NCBI GenBank assembly: GCA_043823065.1 | Contig: JBDRBB010000005.1 | Location: forward strand, 1-11,493 | DNA length: 11,493 bases | Source of the DNA: Pseudomonadota bacterium | Lineage (GTDB): Bacteria; UBA10199; 2-02-FULL-44-16; DYJF01 | Reading direction: 5' to 3' | Part shown: positions 6,616-11,493 of the stretch, one piece after another | How positions within the stretch are numbered: position 1 is the stretch's first letter | How the letters are laid out: each line of letters begins with the position of its first letter | Made by a program: the position numbers and the translations under genes | The notes under the pieces: model-generated | Told to the model about the DNA's origin: nothing | Databases searched by the model: none | What the model saw: only the letters and a program-made list of their open reading frames with translations

Positions 6616-6631
6616 TGGCACCATATTTTCT
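6616..6631 (+). promoter_or_regulatory. Possible sigma54 (-24/-12) promoter upstream of clpB
   Basis: TGGCAC-CATAT-TTTCT versus consensus TGGCAC-N5-TTGCW: one mismatch, at the conserved G of the -12 box. Confidence 0.25.
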
Positions 6632-6657
6632 AGAAGAATCTAAAGGGAGGTAAAATA

Positions 6658-9237
6658 ATGCGTTTAGATAAATTAACTATTAAAGCCCAGGAAGCAGTAC
6701 AAGCTGCCAAGGATTTAGCAAGTAGGCTTAATCAACAAGAAATTTCTCCAGAACATTTGCTTTTGGCATTAATGGAGCAAGAAGAAGGTGTTGTTCCATC
6801 AATTCTTAAGAAAATCGGAGTAAATACCTCAAAACTTAAAGTAGAACTTGAAGGTATTGTAAAATCCTTACCCCAAGTCACAGGAGCAGCCTTAGGCCAG
6901 GCTTATATCTCCGCAGAACTTAAAGAAATTTTTGATAGTGCTTTTAAGGAAGCAGATGCGCTTAAAGATGAATTTATCAGTTCTGAGCATTTTTTAATAG
7001 CTATTGCTCAATCAAAAAAAGCAAAAGCTGGTGGTCTGCTTCGTGAGCAAGGAGCAGATAAAAAAGTCATAATGGCTGTTTTACAAGATATTCGCGGCTG
7101 CCAGCGAGTCACAGATCAAGATCCAGAAGGCAAATATCAGGCTCTAAAGAAATATGCTAGAGATTTAACAGACTTAGCCAGAAAAGGGAAATTAGACCCA
7201 GTAATTGGCCGGGATGATGAAGTTCGCCGAGTTATTCACGTACTTTCCAGACGGACTAAAAATAACCCGGTTTTAATTGGCGACCCTGGGGTGGGTAAGA
7301 CCGCAATTGTGGAGGGTTTAGCTCAAAGGATAGTAAATGGAGATGTACCAGACGGACTAAAAAATAAGCAACTTTTAGGCTTAGATTTAGCCGCCTTGGT
7401 TGCTGGCGCCAAATATCGGGGTGAATTTGAAGATCGGCTCAAAGCCCTGCTTAAGGAAGTAACTGAATCAGCAGGCCAAATTATCCTTTTTATCGATGAA
7501 ATGCATAATTTGGTTGGCGCTGGTCGGGCTGAAGGATCCATGGATGCTTCCAACATGCTCAAACCAGCCCTGGCCAGGGGAGAGTTGCGCTGTATTGGCG
7601 CTACAACCACCAATGAATTTCGCAAACATATTGAAAAAGATGCTGCTTTGGAGCGCCGTTTTCAACAAGTCTATATTGGCGAACCAGATGTGGCTAGCAC
7701 CATTGCCATTTTGCGTGGTCTAAAAGAACGCTATGAAGTGCATCATGGGGTGCGCATTCAAGATGCAGCTTTGATTGCTGCAGCCAATTTATCCCAGCGC
7801 TATATCACTGATCGTTTTTTGCCAGACAAAGCAATCGACTTAATTGACGAAGCAGCTTCCAAACTCAGAATTGAAATTGATTCCATGCCAGTGGAAGTAG
7901 ATGAAATAGAGCGCGAGATTATGCAGCGCCAGATTGAAAAAGAAGCGCTGAAAAAAGAAAAAGACCAAGCCAGCAAAGAACGTTTAGCAAAACTGGAAAA
8001 AGAAATTGCTGATTTATCTGAACACTCGCGCGGACTTAAGGCTCAATGGCTAAAAGAAAAAGAAGTGATTAAAGGAATCCAGGATATAAAACAAAAAATG
8101 GAAGCAGCTAAACAAGAGCAGGAAAAAGCTGAGCGTGAAGGAAATTTGAACCGGGCTGCTGAACTTAAATACGGAGTTTCTTTAGATCTGCAAAAGCAAA
8201 TGGAGAGCAAACAAGCTCAGCTTGATGATTTGCAAAAAGACAAGAAGATGCTTTCAGAAGATGTGACTGAAGAAGATATTGCTGAAGTTATTTCCAAGTG
8301 GACGCATATTCCGGTTTCTAAAATCATGCAAGGTGAAGTTGATAAACTTTTGGGCATGGAAGACTTGCTGCACAAGCGCGTAATTGGCCAAGATGAAGCG
8401 CTTTCCAAATTAGCCAATGCTGTGCGTAGGGCCAGGGCTGGGCTGCATGATCCAAACCGGCCCATTGGTTCGTTTATTTTTATGGGCCCAACTGGTTGCG
8501 GCAAAACAGAAACTGCGCGCGCTCTAGCTGAGTTTTTGTTTGATGATGAAAAAGCCATGATCAGAATTGATATGAGCGAATTTATGGAAAAACACAGCGT
8601 GGCCAGACTGATCGGCGCGCCTCCAGGCTATGTTGGTTATGAAGAGGGCGGTTATTTAACAGAAGCAGTCAGGCGCAGGCCATATAGCGTGCTTCTTTTT
8701 GATGAAATTGAAAAAGCCCACCAAGATGTTTTTAACGTGTTGTTGCAAATCTTAGATGATGGCCGCCTAACAGATAGCCAAGGCCGCACAGTTAATTTCA
8801 CGAACACAGTAATTATTATGACATCCAATATTGGTAGCCAGTTCATTACTGAGGTTGCTGGAGATGATGAACAAGTAACTGAGCGAGTTTTAGCAGCTTT
8901 GAAACAACATTTTCGTCCAGAATTTATCAATCGCGTTGATGATTTAGTAATCTTTCATTCCTTAAAACAAGAGCAAATTGAGCAAATTGTGGATATTCAG
9001 TTAGAACGTTTACAAAAACTCTTGGCTGCCAAAAAATTAACTTTGAAAGTAAGCGCTGGTGCGAAAAAGTTTTTAGCCAAACATGGTTGGGATCCGCAAT
9101 ATGGCGCCAGACCTTTGAAGCGCGCTATTCAAAAATATATCCAGGATCCTTTGTCACATAGTTTGCTTAAAGGCGAGTTTCCTGAAGGCTCCACAATTAA
9201 AGCAGAGGAAAAAAACGGTCAGATAGTGTTCATGTAA
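6658..9237 (+). CDS. clpB: ATP-dependent disaggregase ClpB
   Basis: N-domain, NBD1 Walker A GDPGVGKT and Walker B ILFIDE, long coiled-coil M domain (AAELKYG), NBD2 [39 protein letters not shown] at 6643-6650. Confidence 0.97.
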   Translation: MRLDKLTIKAQEAVQAAKDLASRLNQQEISPEHLLLALMEQEEGVVPSILKKIGVNTSKLKVELEGIVKSLPQVTGAALGQAYISAELKEIFDSAFKEADALKDEFISSEHFLIAIAQSKKAKAGGLLREQGADKKVIMAVLQDIRGCQRVTDQDPEGKYQALKKYARDLTDLARKGKLDPVIGRDDEVRRVIHVLSRRTKNNPVLIGDPGVGKTAIVEGLAQRIVNGDVPDGLKNKQLLGLDLAALVAGAKYRGEFEDRLKALLKEVTESAGQIILFIDEMHNLVGAGRAEGSMDASNMLKPALARGELRCIGATTTNEFRKHIEKDAALERRFQQVYIGEPDVASTIAILRGLKERYEVHHGVRIQDAALIAAANLSQRYITDRFLPDKAIDLIDEAASKLRIEIDSMPVEVDEIEREIMQRQIEKEALKKEKDQASKERLAKLEKEIADLSEHSRGLKAQWLKEKEVIKGIQDIKQKMEAAKQEQEKAEREGNLNRAAELKYGVSLDLQKQMESKQAQLDDLQKDKKMLSEDVTEEDIAEVISKWTHIPVSKIMQGEVDKLLGMEDLLHKRVIGQDEALSKLANAVRRARAGLHDPNRPIGSFIFMGPTGCGKTETARALAEFLFDDEKAMIRIDMSEFMEKHSVARLIGAPPGYVGYEEGGYLTEAVRRRPYSVLLFDEIEKAHQDVFNVLLQILDDGRLTDSQGRTVNFTNTVIIMTSNIGSQFITEVAGDDEQVTERVLAALKQHFRPEFINRVDDLVIFHSLKQEQIEQIVDIQLERLQKLLAAKKLTLKVSAGAKKFLAKHGWDPQYGARPLKRAIQKYIQDPLSHSLLKGEFPEGSTIKAEEKNGQIVFM
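7247..7363 (+). repeat. 16-bp exact direct repeat inside clpB, in different reading frames
   Basis: CCAGACGGACTAAAAA at 7247-7262 and 7348-7363, 101 bp apart. Both copies continue to TAA after A5 or A6. Confidence 0.8.
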
Positions 9238-9238
9238 T

Positions 9239-10036
9239 TTACAAATCAGAATAATTCACAAGCTTGTAACCAGCGTTGCTCAATAAATCAGGGAGATTAT
9301 TTTTTAACAGAAAGGTATATTCTCCGGTGCGGTTTAAATATGAACCCTGGCGATTGGCTATCCCAGGATGGGTCATTATTTCGATAACTGGTTTATTGGA
9401 AAGTTTTTTTATTTCTTTTAACAAGCTATTTGCGGAATAAGTATCTTTATGTGCTGATAGATTGTATAAAACACTGGGAGTAATGCAATTTTTGAAATTA
9501 TTTCTGGTAAGAATGCAAAAAAGCCTAACAGTTAACATTTTTAAATTGGTGACATTGTTAACATTGCAGTTTCGAAAACGATGTATGCCCATTTCTTTGG
9601 CAGTTTCAATGATAGATTGTGAGACAAGAGGAAATTGATGTAGATGGCGATGACTGTCAGCATGGCTAAGGTTTAGGCCAGCGGTTAGTAAATGTTGAAT
9701 TTGGTTACGAATTTCAAGTTTAATTTCCTTAAAGTCAATTTGGTTGGTGATAAGTTTGCGCAGAAAAAACTTATGATCCAGAAAATTTCCTTTGGCATCA
9801 GTAATTGATTTTACCTGATGGGCTGGAGAAAGCGGGATGCCAGAAAATAGGTTGATATGAATCCCTTTTGAAATATGGGTTAAGTGATTAATCTTCTTAA
9901 GCCAATTGTTATCCACCATATTGGCCATGATCGAAGTTGAAGTTATATGTCCTGCCTCGGCAAGCGTAAATATAGCCTGGTTGGCATCATTGTCCCAGCC
10001 ATAATCATCAGCATTAATAATGATTTTTGCAGTCAC
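9239..10036 (-). CDS. YdjC/ChbG/HpnK-family carbohydrate deacetylase
   Basis: IIINADDYG, TSTSIMAN, GIHINL, HADSHRHLH and EIMTHPG motifs. GTG start 7 nt after the GT2 stop. Confidence 0.88.
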   Translation of the reverse strand: MTAKIIINADDYGWDNDANQAIFTLAEAGHITSTSIMANMVDNNWLKKINHLTHISKGIHINLFSGIPLSPAHQVKSITDAKGNFLDHKFFLRKLITNQIDFKEIKLEIRNQIQHLLTAGLNLSHADSHRHLHQFPLVSQSIIETAKEMGIHRFRNCNVNNVTNLKMLTVRLFCILTRNNFKNCITPSVLYNLSAHKDTYSANSLLKEIKKLSNKPVIEIMTHPGIANRQGSYLNRTGEYTFLLKNNLPDLLSNAGYKLVNYSDL

Positions 10037-10043
10037 GATTGAT

Positions 10044-10997
10044 TTATGAAATTATACTTCTTACATTATAAGGCAACTGTCTGTCTTTCGCAAAATAGTT
10101 ATAAATACCAATTTCAGCCAAAAGGCCTATACTCATCAGGATAACCCCGAGTAGAAAAAGGAATACAGATGCGACAAATTCTGTTAGGTAGTTTTGATTA
10201 ATATTAACATTAAAGAAGAAGGCTATAAAGACAAACCAGGAAATCAGTAAAACACCAACCAGACTAACTAATCCGCCAATTACCCCAAAAAAACGAAAAG
10301 GTTTGTTAAGATAAGAAAGCGCAAATTTAAGGAATATTAAATCAATAAAAACATAAAACACTTTTTTAAAACTATAGCTGCTTTTACCTCTTAAGCGTTT
10401 ATTAATATTAATTGGTATTTCTATAAACCTAATACCTTTGCGTACAACTAAGGCGCCCATGAAGCGGTGGGCATCTCCAATCAGATTTAAGTCTTTAATC
10501 AGATAGGCTCGATAAGCTTTGAAGGTTGCTCCAAAATAGGAAAGCTTGACCCCAGAAAGGAGACATATAATTTTATGCGCCATTTTTGCCATTAAAGCTG
10601 TAATAAAACCTTCGGGCCGCTTTTCTTTAGAACCACCCACCATATCATAACCCTGAGAAATCAGTTCCACAAATTTCGGAATATATTTTGGATCGTGCTG
10701 CATATCGCTATCCATAGCAATAATAACATCGCCGCTGGCCAGATTAAAACCCGCGCGCAAGGCAATGGTTTGTCCATAATTGCCAGCCAGATCAATGCCT
10801 TTAACCTGAGTATATTGCTTTTTTAGCTTACAAATGACTTCCCATGAACTGTCACTGCTACCATCGTTTACAAAAATAATTTCGTAATCAATATTTAATG
10901 GAGTTAGATATTGTCTAATTTGCTCGGTAAGAACCGTAATGTTTTCAGCTTCATTGTAGGAAGGAATAACAATACTTATCTTATTTACGTTGTTCAT
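10044..10997 (-). CDS. GT2 polyprenyl-phosphate glycosyltransferase (ArnC/GtrB/DPM-synthase-like)
   Basis: ISIVIPSYNE, IIFVNDGSSDSS, NYGQTIAL.AG, DxD in IAMDSDMQHDP, R..GKSSY, and two C-terminal TM helices. RBS AAAGGA upstream. Confidence 0.9.
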   Translation of the reverse strand: MNNVNKISIVIPSYNEAENITVLTEQIRQYLTPLNIDYEIIFVNDGSSDSSWEVICKLKKQYTQVKGIDLAGNYGQTIALRAGFNLASGDVIIAMDSDMQHDPKYIPKFVELISQGYDMVGGSKEKRPEGFITALMAKMAHKIICLLSGVKLSYFGATFKAYRAYLIKDLNLIGDAHRFMGALVVRKGIRFIEIPININKRLRGKSSYSFKKVFYVFIDLIFLKFALSYLNKPFRFFGVIGGLVSLVGVLLISWFVFIAFFFNVNINQNYLTEFVASVFLFLLGVILMSIGLLAEIGIYNYFAKDRQLPYNVRSIIS

Positions 10998-11026
10998 TTT
11001 AATCCTTTGTTTTTTTATGAGGCGAA

Positions 11027-11055
11027 TTGTTAGCTTTATGCTTTACTTGTGTCAA
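11027..11055 (-). promoter_or_regulatory. Candidate sigma70 promoter for the GT2-YdjC operon
   Basis: Minus strand TTGACA (11055-11050), 17 nt, TAACAA(T) (11032-11027). Confidence 0.4.
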
Positions 11056-11071
11056 TGGCCAGAATTTTTGT

Positions 11072-11100
11072 TTGCTCTAACTTATGAAATTTGTTAAATA
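11072..11100 (+). promoter_or_regulatory. Candidate promoter for the OmpA-like gene
   Basis: TTGCTC (11072-11077), 17 nt, TAAATA (11095-11100), with an extended TG at 11092-11093. Confidence 0.3.
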
Positions 11101-11105
11101 TTTAC

Positions 11106-11181
11106 TGTCATTCCCGCGAAAGCGGGAATCTAAATACTAAATATATTCATGTTGTGGATCCCAGCCTGCGCGGGGATGACA
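11106..11181. repeat. REP-like doublet (dRS3/RPE-type): two inverted TGTCAT-capped palindromes around an AT-rich spacer
   Basis: TGTCATTCCCGCGAAAGCGGGAATCT (11106-11131) and its inverted, diverged copy GGATCCCAGCCTGCGCGGGGATGACA (11156-11181). 11110-11129 fits ATTCCC-N8-GGGAAT exactly. Confidence 0.8.
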
Positions 11182-11196
11182 TTAAAGGGGGAGTGG

Positions 11197-11493
11197 ATGA
11201 AAAAACTTGGTCAGTTGCTTTTAGCAGCAATGGCTCTCTTATGTATCCTCTTAGATTTTCAGCTAGTTCTGGCCGATTCTCAAACATTTAATGCTTTGTT
11301 TTTTGCCCCAGCCATTGGTCGTAATAGTTATATGATGCTTAGGGACACCAAAACCCTGCATAAATATCAGTTTCAAGTTGCTGAATATCTTTCCTATGGT
11401 TACCGGCCTTTGGAAATGCGCCAAACCGGGCAAAGACTAAGAGGCATTATTGATCATACTGTGGTCTCAGATTTTACAGGTGCTTTTGGCGTA
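11197..11493 (+). CDS. Secreted/outer-membrane protein, probably the N-terminal beta-barrel region of an OmpA-family protein (partial)
   Basis: Not in the ORF track. Open from ATG 11197 to the window end: MKKLGQLLLAAMALLCILLDFQLVLA-DSQTFNALFFAPAIGRNSYMMLRDTKTLHKYQFQVAEYLSYGYRPLEMRQTGQRLRGIIDHTVVSDFTGAFGV. It has a signal peptide with a VLA cleavage site and RBS AAGGGGGAG. The F..F.P and Y...PL pattern resembles myxobacterial OmpA-type N-termini, recalled from memory. Confidence 0.55.
   Translation, partial: MKKLGQLLLAAMALLCILLDFQLVLADSQTFNALFFAPAIGRNSYMMLRDTKTLHKYQFQVAEYLSYGYRPLEMRQTGQRLRGIIDHTVVSDFTGAFGV

Noticed and set aside
6615..6641. CIRCE (HrcA) operator upstream of clpB
   Set aside because: TTGGCACCA resembles the left arm, but there is no GAGTGCTAA-like right arm at 9-nt spacing.
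6658..7580. Apparent codon-usage difference (more CGG/CGA/GTA) in the 5' third of clpB, suggesting mosaicism
   Set aside because: The same codons also occur in the 3' part, and the counts are too small to support a breakpoint by eye.
1125..8930. Short shadow ORFs overlapping degQ, the fumarase genes, OPT and clpB (1125..1328, 2225..2494, 3003..3200, 3643..4017, 5245..5430, 7323..7625, 7468..7668, 7496..7723, 8217..8558, 8652..8930)
   Set aside because: They are antisense or out-of-frame shadows of well-supported conserved genes, with no independent evidence.
11091..11291. ORF 11091..11291(+), 66 aa
   Set aside because: It translates the REP doublet (CHSRESGN...DPSLRGDD is typical translated repeat sequence) and overlaps the better-supported signal-peptide ORF starting at 11197 in another frame.
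1..11493. CRISPR array, tRNA, rRNA, integrase/transposase or defence genes
   Set aside because: No regularly spaced direct repeats, cloverleaf or corresponding protein motifs were seen.

Overview
Low-GC bacterial chromosomal window. The gene content (BamD-like lipoprotein, DUF1844-DegQ pair, OPT transporter, OmpA-type secreted protein) points to a diderm, probably deltaproteobacteria/Myxococcota-like organism; this is inference. Gene order: partial bamD (-), a ~630-bp divergent intergenic region, DUF1844 + degQ/htrA (+), a two-gene class I Fe-S fumarate hydratase (-), OPT-family transporter + conserved 2-TM partner (+), clpB (+), YdjC/ChbG deacetylase + ArnC-like GT2 (-), and a partial secreted OmpA-like protein (+). 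The proteins are mostly housekeeping or envelope functions. The unusual content is non-coding. There are two back-to-back large folded elements: a 223-nt rod with perfect 37-bp terminal inverted repeats (279-501) and a 241-nt Y-shaped structure with + strand G.U bias (548-788). A third ~95-nt folded element lies at 4078-4172, and TGTCAT-type REP/dRS3-like palindromes lie at 6552 and 11106. Also notable: a 16-bp out-of-frame direct repeat inside clpB, a fumarase split at its domain linker, and an AT-rich GT2+YdjC pair resembling lipid A amino-sugar modification modules. No transposase, CRISPR array, tRNA or rRNA was seen.
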